This document shows, piece by piece, positions 37,552-49,593 of a stretch of 64,000 nucleotides of DNA (position 1 is its first letter; every line of letters starts with the position of its first letter). The translations under genes were made by a program, and so were the position numbers. The notes beneath the pieces are model-generated. The model saw only the letters and a program-made list of their open reading frames with translations, was not told where the DNA came from and searched no databases. The stretch comes from Octopus sinensis (lineage: Eukaryota): assembly GCF_006345805.1 (NCBI RefSeq), contig NC_043004.1, positions 36,766,001 through 36,830,000 of the forward strand. Reading direction: 5' to 3'.

Positions 37552-37719
37552 ATGGAAGGCCAGATCGACACATTGAGTTGGCTTGCCGTAACACGAGCAA
37601 ACCTTGTGGCCAAGAACGGAAATACTACTTCGAAAGATAGCTATCGGCCCATAGCCCGTCTTCACATCAAGTACAAATTATGCACAAGTTCCGTTCACCA
37701 ATTACTCGACGACAATTGA
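37552..37719 (+). mobile_element. Non-LTR RT N-terminal fragment (R4/Dong-like)
   Basis: SWLAVTRANLVAKNGNTTSKDSYRPIARLHIKYKLCTS resembles W...RT.LIPK.......YRPIACLN..YKL.TS (RT domains 0-1). Confidence 0.6.
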
Positions 37720-38360
37720 GAGCTTAAAGGTTTAATTGCTGACAAGCAGGCAGATAGAAAGAAAAGAGTGTGGGGTTGTGCCGAACAACTTTTGATAAAT
37801 AAAACTGTACTGTCTAAAGTAAGAAGGCACTGCAGGAATGTTAATTACAGAAAGGTATTTAATTTCATTCCCCACTCATGACACCTGATGTCACTACAAC
37901 TGCAATATTTTTTGCCCTTGAACGGCAACAAAAAAGGTAATATATACTCAACTGGCAACTTTCAATGGAATAAATGTCCCTGGTGTTATATTTTTCAAAG
38001 CAAATAATCCACGTCTACAATCCTAGCTTGCCTCTGTTTACATTGACCCTAAATCTAGTGTCTACCCCCACGAAAATCCGCTAGCTGTGTCCTAGGGTCT
38101 GCTAGTGTAAAGGCCACAAATATTAGCCATAATTTCTTTGTATGAGCTCTAATGATCTATTCCTGAAATACTCAGCTAACACAAAAACAGCGAGACATTT
38201 TCTAACGGCAGGCGGATGGAATTTCGCCAAAAGAAATGTTCATATTCAACATCTGAACAAGGAAAAAATTGTTCCCCAAACCCCAAATCTTTACGACAAC
38301 AATCAGTGTCTCTCCTCTGCTCTACAAATGATTATCTCCTTCTCTCCGTCTCTCTCTTTC

Positions 38361-38393
<33 letters not shown>

Positions 38394-38680
38394 CATAAAC
38401 ACACGCAGAGAAATTGAGAGAAACAGACAATTCACAAAGAAACATACATTTTTAGTGATATTAACTTTTTCTGTAAATAGCATTAGAAATATTTACATAT
38501 ATGATGTTGCAATTTACTTGATACAACATGCAAATGAATGGCAACAAAAATAGAAATATTATTTTATGTGAAAATTTACATAGGCTTTCGTATATATGAG
38601 CGACTATTAAAACACACACATTACATTCAATCACACAAACGGACAGGAAAAAACAGACTTTCACTTACCTACCAGACTCA

Positions 38681-38739
<59 letters not shown>

Positions 38740-39289
38740 CGAGCAAAGAAACACGCGACCACTCTCACATTTCATCAATTTACGCTGCGTAGTAAAGCAT
38801 ATTTATTTATTATTTTCGTGACAGGGAACGATATATAATCTATATTCATACTGTTTCGTGTCCTGATCTCTTTCCTGTAACAGAGTTTGGGACAGGGAAA
38901 GATTCCCATGAAAGTAATTCTGCTGTTGAATAGTGTCTAATTTAAAGAAAGAAGAATTGCTGGCATTAGAAATACGCAAATATATGCAGCGATCTACACA
39001 TGTAATTGTTCTGAATATAACTCAAAATATGTGCATATGTGTATGTATAATATGTGCGTGTATGTATGTGTGTGTACATGTGTGTATTTGTATTTATGTA
39101 TTGAGAAAAACAGAGTGAGAAGTTATACGGTTTCTTTTTCTTAGATGATTCTGCCAGGCTTCCTATGAGAAACAACTCAAGTATTTCGTCTCAGTCTCGA
39201 AGACCCATTAAATCAATGAGTCCAAAAAAATTCAGTTTTGCTGGGTTCACTGACTTTCATAACTAATAATATTAATACGTTCTTCAATA

Positions 39290-39665
39290 AGCACTAGTCA
39301 ACTGGTACTTATTTTATCGACCCCGATCTGATTAAAACCGAAATCCACCTCGGCCGAATTTGAACACAGAACGCAAAGTTAGAGGAAATGCTACCAAGTA
39401 TTTTGTCCGACGATGAAATGATTCTGCGAGCTGCCGCCTTGATGACAATTTGTTCTACTGAAGGCACAAGGCCTTGACATTTTGAGGGGAAGGGATATAG
39501 TCGATTATATCGGTCCCAATACATGACTGGTACTTAATTTATCGATCCCGGAAGTTGAAAGGCAAAATTGACCTCGGCAGAATTTGAACTCAGAATAAAG
39601 CGACGGGCGGAATGCCGCTAAGCATTTCGTCCAGCGCACTAAACGATTCGGCCAGCTTGCCGCCG
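39290..39665 (-). mobile_element. Two adjacent decayed copies of the 11633-type SINE
   Basis: Two ACTGGTACTT.TTTATCGA...GAATTTGAAC.CAGAA...AAG(T/C)ATTT blocks at ~39300 and ~39525. Confidence 0.7.
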
Positions 39666-40039
39666 TGCCTTGATGATATCAATATTAACAAAAACGGCTT
39701 TCTAACTTTGGTACAAGGCTAGGAACATTAAGGAAGGGTTAGTCAATTATATGTACCCCAGTAAATGACTGGGACTTTCTTTTATTGATTCTGAAAGGAT
39801 GAAAGGTAAATTTGGTCTCAGTTGCAGAAAACTGCAAGGCATCTTCTAACAATTTTGGCAGCTGTGTGTGCGTGTGCTTGTGTGTGCATAAACACATACA
39901 CATATATAATGAACGAGGGAAACAGAAGATGGAGTTATTCATCAGAATCATTATTCATCCCACCGATCGTGTATGAACTACTAGCAGCACACCACCAGCA
40001 TATAACTTGGAGAGCAAACGAAATACAAATCTTTTAACT

Positions 40040-41790
40040 TTTGAAATATATTACGTTACCTGATGAGCATCCCTGTCCTGTGCGTTGCATCTGATGTCAT
40101 AACATGCCACACGCTCAAGGGAGCAGTGCAGAAGGAAACCGAAACGATTGTTTTGCTAAATGAAAAGAGAGGAACCATGGTGGAGTTGCAATGTACACGC
40201 CCCAGATTCTTTTATCTCATTGAAACTCAGTGTGTGACTCACTAATTGTACATACAGGACAACTCGACATAGTTTTATGTACTACATATCGCGCAACAGA
40301 TGCCCCAAATCACACGGACTTATTCGAAGATTGCTTTGCAAGAACAGAAGAGCACGTAACCAAGATAGAAGAGCACATCAGTGTACTTCTCATGGGAGAC
40401 TTCAACCTGCTCAATGAGGAATGGCCTGAAGGCTTTTTCCTCTCAGAAATTACGTCATGTGAGCAATGTCATTTGGAATCCCTGATCAGCCTCGCCAATA
40501 AATTATATTTGGGACAAATAATACTCCAACCAACCAGGGCAAACAATATAATTGATCTCTGCTTCACAAACAATGTGGACCTCATCCATAATGTGAAAGT
40601 GACACCGACACCTATCTCGGATCACTACATTATAGAGCTGACCATGTATGGACTAAAGGAACCCACAAACATGCAGCCAAAACATATCGAATCTGAGCTA
40701 CCACAAGAGATCACCAAACAGGACTGGTCCCAAAATATTTCTACACCTGATAGACATGAAAGAGGAAACTTTCATGTTCGTAATGCAAGCCATGTGCTAC
40801 AACTTTGTCCCAGAGAGAAGGGCCACTGCATACAAAAGACAAGATTCCCATGGGGAGTAAAGTTCTTATGAGACAGCGTACAAAGATTGCAAACCACCTC
40901 CACAGAAAACTCAAGGGCAGTGAGAAACTTCACCTGGAAACAGCACTGCTGAAGATTGGAAAATAACTGAAGCACCCCCATAAGGAAAGCTCAGGCAGAG
41001 ACGCCTGGGTCGTAAAACATAAAATTAGACCCTAAAGCCTTCTTTAGGTACACCAAGGAGGCTGCCTCTGTGCATTGCAGGGTAGGGCCATTCATCCAAA
41101 AAATGCCTCCCTCACGGGAAACCCAGTGGGGATAAGTGAGACACTGAATGAACATTTCAAAATTGTGTTCACCCCACCCAATAGCACATGCAAGCTAGCA
41201 AACCTGTAGAATTCTTTACCACTACAAAAGTATAAAGGGAGGAAGTAACCATTGATTACGTCACCATTGAAGAAGAGGGTGTAATTCTAGCAATAGATGA
41301 TGTCGATGCAAACTCACCTGCTTGTCCTGATGGATTCCCAGCAATCCTCATCAAGTCATACAAACGAGTCCTTGAAAAACCATTGCAGCTACTTTTTCAG
41401 AGCTTCCTCGAAAATGGTAAGCTCCCAAACGAACTAAAGAAGGGAATTATATATCCTATCCATAAATAAGGAAGCAGAGCCAATTCTAAAACCTCTAAGT
41501 CTATGTCACTGACCTCACACATCAGCAAAGTCATGGAACAAATAGTCCGAAAGAAATTAATTGCATTCCTTGAAGAGAATGACTTACTGACTGACACCCA
41601 GCATGGTTTTCGACTAGGTAGAAGCTGCCTGACACTGTTCCTATAGCACTACGACTGGGTGTTAAAGCAGATGCTCAAGAATTCAAATGTGGACGTGATA
41701 TACCTCGACTTTGACAAAGTCGGCCATGGTGTGATTTGTCGCAAACTCCGAAATATTGGTTATTTGGTAAATTTAGAGAATGCCTACACG
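40040..41790 (+). mobile_element. CR1/L2-like LINE ORF2 remnant (APE endonuclease plus 5' RT), many frameshifts
   Basis: APE motifs TYR, LLMGDFN, QPTR.NNIIDLCFTN, SDHYII. RT motifs QHGFRLGRSCLT and VDVIYLDFDKV.HGV. Confidence 0.85.
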
Positions 41791-42199
41791 TGGGCTACGG
41801 GAAAGACTAATCATTTTTCAATTCTCTCAAATTGCCCTGTCCTCCTACATTCAACGTGCCAAAGAATAGCTTTTCCTTGGTTTGGGATTTAACTCCCATT
41901 TCTAGCGTGATGGAAAACTATTTAGTGGCTTTCCCTCAGTATATAACCCTTATCGACACATATAACTTATTTCACTAATATATATATATGTATGTGCACA
42001 TTATAACTGAAAGTCTCCGATTTCTAGTATTCCGGTTTCATTGCTTCTCGACATCAAAGTAAACCGAGTGTGATTTTCTTTTGAATTTCCGCTGATCACA
42101 AACAAACAAACACTGAATACTCAAAATCGAAGCCTTTGAGTCGTAATTGTATAAAAGAATATATATATATATATCTTTTTTATTTTATTTTACCTTTGT

Positions 42200-42605
42200 T
42201 TCATTCATTAGATTGCGGCCATGCTGGGGTACCTTCTTCAACAATTCTTTAATCCAATTAATCGACCCCAGTACTTTATTGCTAAGCCAGATATTTAGTC
42301 AATCAGTCGTTTATGCCGAACCGCTAAGGTATGAGGACGTAAACGCACCAACACAGGTTGTCAAGCGGTGCTTGGGGTCAAACACAGACACAAATACCCA
42401 CACAAGCACACAAACATGCATACATACACACACATATATACACGAGGGGCGTCTTCAAGTTTCTGTCTACCCAATCCACTCACAAGTCTTTAGTCGGCTC
42501 GAGGCTATAGTAGAAGAGACACTTGTCCAAGGTGCCATGCAGTGGAATTGATCCATGAATCATATGGTCAGAAAGCAAGCTTCTTACCACATAGCCACGC
42601 CTGCA
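42200..42605 (-). mobile_element. SINE fragments (4085-type family plus an adjacent tRNA-like head segment)
   Basis: TGCGGCCATGCTGG...ATCGACCCCAGTACTT...GCCGAACCGCTAAG...GTTGTCAAGCG; then ACACTTGTCCAAGGTGCCA.GCAGTGGAATTGA.CC. Confidence 0.6.
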
Positions 42606-42680
42606 CCCATATGTGTGTGTGTGTGTGTGCGCGCACGCGCGTGCGTGTGTGTGTGTGCATGTGTGCGTGTACACATTGGC

Positions 42681-42719
<39 letters not shown>

Positions 42720-42731
42720 ACATACAGTACC

Positions 42732-42962
42732 TATTTCTTTATTACCCACAAGGGGCTAAACACAGAGGGGACAAACAAGGACAGATATAGGTATTAAGTC
42801 GATTACATCGACCCCAGTGCGTAACTGGTACTTAATTTATCGACCCCGAAAGGATGAAAGGCAAAGTCGACCTCGGTGGAATTTGAGCTCACAACGTAAC
42901 GGCAGACGAAATACCGCTAAGCATTTCGCCCGGCGTGCTAACGTTTCTGCCAGCTCGCCGCC
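42732..42962 (-). mobile_element. Full-length tRNA-derived SINE with perfect 17-bp TSD
   Basis: TSD TTTGTACATACAGTACC at 42715-42731 and 42963-42979. Confidence 0.92.
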
Positions 42963-44511
42963 TTTGTACATACAGTACCGTTAAACAGATTGTTCGAAAT
43001 GTAGAGAACATAAATTGATGTACACTTTCATTAGTTACCGAAGAATATATTTTTTGTTAACTCTTCGAGAATGAGCCACATTTTGTTTATAGAAATATAT
43101 TTTAATCGTTATAAAATATAGCGAAGTCATATCAGTGAAATATTCAATAATATTTTGCAATGTTTTCGTCCTCTTTTAAAATAGTAATAACGCTTGAATT
43201 CTCCTTCATGTCTTCTATCAACTGGATATCAAATCATAACAAGATTCTGACATTTCTGTTTCCATCCTTTAGTCTCCAAGGAGTCACTCATTTTGTTATG
43301 TAGTCTGAAAATTGAAATCTATGATATTACATTGGTGTATGGCGCAACAGCAGCAGCAGCAGTAGCAGCAGCAGTGTGTTATTAATCCAAATATGCTTTC
43401 GGCAATCTCCATCAATAAATCATGTAAACATCCCATTTGTTGCGTATTATTTATGCATCATATGTTATTTGTGATTCATGCCTTTAATGTTACTCCAAAT
43501 AGCTATAACAGCATTATTTGGTAGCGAATACACATTATGGAGGTAGGCTTTTGTTTCAATAACTTTATTGTGTATCATTTCACATGTGAAAAGCATGACT
43601 TATGCGACGCATGTTACAAACATCTTGTATTCCCTATGCCTTCGATTTGCTTCCAACAACAAATCATTTTTAGATTGAAGAAGCAAATCTCAGATAAATA
43701 TTGATCTGAGTCGGAGGAAAGCGGGAGAATAGAGAGAAAAACACTGAGAGTAACTTAATGCCGAATCAAGCGCGAAGAAGGCAAAATATCAATTCAACAT
43801 CATCAGAGCATTGAATAATAAATACTAGGTAGTGTGTTGTGAAAGATAGCGTGGCATACGCGGGGATATAGTATGAATATAAAGTACATGGAGATGAAAG
43901 TGGGGGGGGGCAGACATTTATAGGAAATAAAGTAGAAAATCAAAAACAATTGTTGAAATGTTGTTTTGATAGTGAGTGATATTGCAGCTAAAGCCGAGAA
44001 TCGGTCAAGTATTAAGAAATAAGATAGTCAATCGTCTGTGATAGCAATGGAAAACAATTCTATCAAACTTGTTGGGCATGAGATGAAATATACGATATTA
44101 ATATCGTTGATAGATTTCAAACGGAAGGACGGAGGTAAATAAATGAGTAAAGCGACGGAGAAGAGGGTGAAGGGATATTTACCAATAGTGTATTCCAAAT
44201 ACAATTATTTTAGATATATTGACTACGCATTGAATAGCGGAACATATGTTTGCACTATTAACACAACAGTCATACAGTTTTTCTAAAGAAAGATTAGCTC
44301 ACACTGCAAAGACAGCGCAAGAAGTTAGGAATAAATGTCTGTTCACACGAAGCTAATAAGCGACATTTACGTTAATCACTGCAGCGTTTATTATAGTGAT
44401 TAACGCACTGTGAAAATGCATGCATGTTGCATATATGCATTATATATAAACATAATATAAATGCATATGCACACAGCACGTACATATTACATGCATATTT
44501 ATGTATACGTT

Positions 44512-44561
<50 letters not shown>

Positions 44562-44619
44562 TCTACATGTGTGTGTATATGTGTGTCTGCAATCAAGCGA
44601 GACCAGTCACTGTTATATC

Positions 44620-44858
44620 TGTTTCTTTCTTTATTGCCCACAAGGGGCTAAACATAGAGGGGACAAACAAGGACAGAAAAACGGATTAAGTCGATTACAT
44701 CGACCCCAGTGCGTAACTGGTACTTAATTTATCGACTCCGAAAGGATGAAAGGCAAAGTCGACCTCGGCGGAATTTGAACTCAGAACGCAACGACAGACG
44801 CAATACCGCTAAGCATTTCGCCCGGTGTGCTAACGTTTCTGCCAGCTCGCCGCCTTAT
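44620..44858 (-). mobile_element. Full-length tRNA-derived SINE with 15-bp TSD
   Basis: TSD AGTCACTGTTATATC at 44605-44619 and 44859-44873. Confidence 0.92.
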
Positions 44859-46397
44859 AGTCACTGTTATATCACCCACCCCCACACACACACACATACA
44901 CACACAAAAGATATAACAAGGGTGTAATAATACCAGAATCCTCCATACTTTTTAGCTCTAATGGGAGATTCTCTATATATGAATAATATAGAGTAAAACT
45001 GAATTGTATTTGGGACAGGAATGCGAACTGAAGAATGAGTCTCCAAGTGTTCGCTTATCTTAGTGGATATTTCACCAAATTCTCACTGAAATCCTACACC
45101 ACCCCGCCCCTAAACAGGTAAGAGATTATTATCATCTGCATTCATGATAATTTAGTTTTATATACTTTGAAAGAAGACTAGGACGATCCCGGTTTGAACG
45201 CTTAGAATGTTAGATTTGTTTGGTTGTGGTGAGTTTACAGGCTAAACGACAACTCGACCCAACCGATGCCTTGGTGGCAGGAAAAGTTCCTTGAAAACGG
45301 TTGCACCAAAGAATACTTCGTTTTCAGGATATGAACCTACAACTCCATGATTGATTATCAGTTTTCCTACCAAATGGGCCGTCAACAGCTTTGTTAAGTT
45401 CTATAATAGTGAAAATATAATTATATTACATTGTTTAGAGAATAATGAAATAAAATATGGCTGTCCATTTAACCTGTGACCAACATGCATCAAGTGTATT
45501 ATTACTTTAATTAGTGTTAACTACAACAGAAGAAACAAGTCGACCCCCACAATTGAAGTAATTAAGAGAAATAAGAGCTTCTGAGATTTGTTCAATGTAC
45601 AACCGGACGAATGTAAGATTCCGATCGTATATATTAAAGTCTGACTTTTACATTAATGGGTGATAAAGCTGAAGCAATTTCTGGTTTCTGCCAGAATCTT
45701 TAAAGTATTATGTATCAGATTATAGAGATCAGATTGGAAACGTTTTAATGACTTTTTCCCAATAAAAGGAACCAAAAGAGATACTAAATTGAAGAATTAC
45801 AAATGAGCATGATTGTACTGGCGTAATTATGTTGAGCAACTCTCTTAACATCCAATACAATGAAAGACCAGCTATTAATTAATTCAATTTAATTAATATG
45901 GAAGGCGTTTTGTATTAACTTGCAGCAAAGTACAATATATGCATGGGAATAGCACAGTACAGTTACTTGGTGCCGCCTTCTGATACAACGTTGTATGTAC
46001 ATGAGTGTGTATGTGTGTATGTTCGTGTATGCGTGTATTTTTATATGTATAAAGGAGGCACGTAGCATAGTCGTTAGTATATTCGACCCATCTTCGTATA
46101 ATCGTTGGTTCAATTCCTGTACAAGGAGGTGTTTAGTGTCCATTAGGAAGGCACTTCACCGTAGTCAAGTCTTGTTAACTATAATGAATACTAGTTGGGT
46201 GCTCGTGAAGTCTTTTCTCCCTTGAGCTATCACATCTTTGTAGTTCTGTTGAATGTAGAATAGGAGGACCAAGAACGTACTCATGACGACACAGAAATTT
46301 AAAGTACTAATGAAGGTGTGGAACATGTTACCAAACCACATTCACTTGCTCGTGATGGTTACCGATATTTATACACACACACACACACATATATATG

Positions 46398-46470
<73 letters not shown>

Positions 46471-46487
46471 TGTGTGTGTGTGTGTGT

Positions 46488-46780
46488 GGAGGCGCAATGG
46501 CCCAGTGGTTAGGGCAGCTGACTCGCGGTTTCGATTCCCAGACTGGGCGTTGTGTGTGTTTATTGAGCGAAAACAACTAAAAGCTCCACGAGGCTCCGGC
46601 AGTGGGTGGTGATCCCTGCTGTACTCTTTCACCACTCTTTCTCCCACTCTTTCTTCTGTTGGCCTGCTCGCTTAGCCAGCGGGGTGGCGTCGTTCGAAGG
46701 CTAAAACAATGCGAACGCATTGTGACCAGCGATGTGTAGCAACATCTGATGGTGTGGTCGGTTACGTGATGGTGATGATG
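46488..46780 (+). mobile_element. tRNA-derived SINE (different family)
   Basis: GGAGGCGCAA-TGGCCCAGTGG (A box) ... GGTTTCGATTCC (B box); ends in a GTGAT/GATG short-repeat tail. Confidence 0.75.
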
Positions 46781-48198
46781 GGGATATATATATATATATA
46801 TATATAAGGCTTAAAATAATTAACTGTCCTTAATATCAAATTATTTCCATGTTTTTTCAAATCTGTAAGATTACTTAAGAGATCTTTCGTTAGTCTAGCA
46901 TGGACATCTTCATTGAAATCTAGACGAATTTTCAGATGCATAGGCGGAAAACGAAAACTACTCTTGCAGACAATATTTAAAGCAATATCTACCACTCGTG
47001 GAATTCATTAATGCTGATATTAATAGAGATAATATAGAAAAGTACGGGTGAATCCAAATTTGTAGAATCAACGATAGAATTGGCTTGTAATATCACGTAA
47101 TGTATGAAATATAGTTTTTGGAAATATCTATGAAAATGATATGAAATTCACTGAGCACGGAAAATATATTTTATTATGTAACTACAAATTTTATAATTTG
47201 TTATTAATAATTAAAGTAGGTCTTTATCAAAATTTTGTGAACATCAAAATCTTGCATTAAAAAGTAATTATTTTGTGCACACAGCATTAGGAATCTGTAG
47301 ATTGCACAGTAAGAATGTTTGTGGGAATATCTCTTAGATTCTAATTTATGGTGAAATCATGTTTAATGTTTTAGATTTACGTCCACGACACATGTGTGGA
47401 GTTTTTAGTTGGTTCGATTGATTAATAAATAGATAGAGAGATAGAGACAAACCAACAAATGTATCAAGCAAATGTAACCACAAATGTGTGCGTCTCCATA
47501 TAAAACTACCGCAATTGAATCTAAAAATTCAAACCAAATTATATTACAAATTATAAACTAGCATGTTTCTTGTGACATACGCAAAATATTTCAAGTAGAA
47601 TCAGCACAATTAGATCTCAAAACTCTGTATAGAGATTTAAAATTCAGCCTCATTTACATATTCGAAATATATAAATGCACGTGCGCGTGTATGTGTGTGA
47701 GTGTGTAGAATATACAACCAGTTTTCGTTAGTTAACGTAATGTAATTAGGTGTGTACTATCAGCGTTCAGCAAACTGAACGCTGATACCAATAAAAAATC
47801 CGGGTTGAGCAACAACTTAAAAAATTGTTACCGCAATGGACTTGAAGTGGTTTCTTCTTGAACTGGTGGATATAGTTTAAAATAGAAAATGATAAAGCAA
47901 AACATTTGATATCACTCGAAAAACATTTAATTCAGAAAGAGAATAAAAACTTAACGCAGAGTAGTTACGATGAATAGGTAAAATCTCTTATGTTTCTAGA
48001 GTAGCCAAAACATGTGGATCATGGTATTAAATAAGGATTACAAACACACACTCACATGTTTGTATGTGTGTGTATATATATATATGTGGAATATCATGTT
48101 TCTAGAGGTCATACATTGCTACAAGTACTTGCATTTTCCCCTTCGGCAACATATGGCAACCGAGACTCGTGCAACAAAACATGACAAATATTACTCAC

Positions 48199-48235
48199 AC
48201 AGCAATAACATGAATATCGGAAGCATCCGGCGAGG
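48199..48235 (-). CDS. Candidate small exon with a signal-peptide-like start (ATG 48226: MLPIFMLLL, phase 1)
   Basis: TTTTAGTTACAG|CCTCGCCGG-ATG...CTG-T|GTGAGT. Strong donor, weak acceptor; phase is compatible with the EGF exon. Confidence 0.3.
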
Positions 48236-48310
48236 CTGTAACTAAAATACCTGTCTTTTACAAGTAAAATGTTCATATTAACCTGTTCAACAAATACAAT
48301 TTGATGACAA

Positions 48311-48354
<44 letters not shown>

Positions 48355-49449
48355 TGTGTGTGTGTGCGTACGTGCAACGTATGTATGTATATGATTGGCT
48401 TCCCTATGGGTTTCGATGTACAATGGCGCAAACAGCTATTTTCCTTTTAATACTGATGTCACTAAGTGTTATGTGACAGACAACTCCACAGATTAGTCAT
48501 AAAAAAGGAATGTTAAACAAAGAGTAGCGGCATGTGTGTTGGAGACTTTGTCTTTGCTCTCAGCTCTTTACGACATTATCGCCAGTTAATCTCCATTCCT
48601 TACGATTCAGGTTTTTCAAATGTTTCTCGGAGAATCTTTGCTGCTTTCAGAACTAGCTTTGAGTTTCTCCTTGTACCTTAACTATGCTTTACCTACGTTT
48701 TGCATACCACCATTGAACTGAATATACACAAGAACTTTTGGAATTCTGCTGTCATTCTTTCTGATGGCATAAACAATTCATCTTATTTGGAAACGCAAAA
48801 CAGATGATTCAATATCATCCGTTTAGAGAATAGGTCAGCATTCAAAACTCTGTGTATTGATAAGTATGCCTTTGTGTGAATGTCTTTCACTATCCGCACG
48901 TAGATGTATGCATCTGTATGTATTTATGTATAGCTATAGTTAGGAACCCAGTACGACAGTAAGCGACGGTGCCACCGACTATCTGGCAATTATGCTAGAA
49001 TTGAGATATTCCGGTTTGTTATCTGGAACACTGTAAGACTTCTAAGGTGAGGCAACTTTTGACAATGGTGAAAAGTTGTCTCAAAGAAGAGGTTACTTCA
49101 TTATAAAACTTTAAAAGAGACACATTTTGTTACGAATGATTGTACCTAGATTCCATGGTTGTGACACTGATCCATTTGGTGGGATGTGAGCTGCTGTCGA
49201 CATCAAATTTCACTCAAACAGTGAAGAAGCCATTCTGTTATCTCCTTGAACAAGGTACTTCATTTCCCGTTATGCCATTCTACTCAGCTGAAATGATTAC
49301 CAGCTGTTGTACTGGTGCAGTGTGGGAGAGGGCGGAGAGTAGTGGGGGGGGTCTACGTCTGCTGGTGAATACATTGGTACCTAAAGCAAAAGCGTACTGT
49401 ATGTTGCGAATCACGCACTTAAGTTATGTGTTTGCATGTGCATGTATAT

Positions 49450-49518
49450 AGACAAACAGTTGACAGACAGATAGAAAGACAGGCAAACAAATAAATAGAC
49501 AGATAGATAGATAGACAG

Positions 49519-49592
<74 letters not shown>
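49450..49592. repeat. (AGAT)n microsatellite
   Basis: Direct inspection. Confidence 0.95.

Positions 49593-49593
<1 letters not shown>

Noticed and set aside
43340-43375. (CAG)n tract as a polyQ exon
   Set aside because: Short, with no surrounding open frame or splice context.
46488-46560. tRNA gene
   Set aside because: A and B boxes are present but there is no cloverleaf; it continues into a SINE body, so it is a SINE head.
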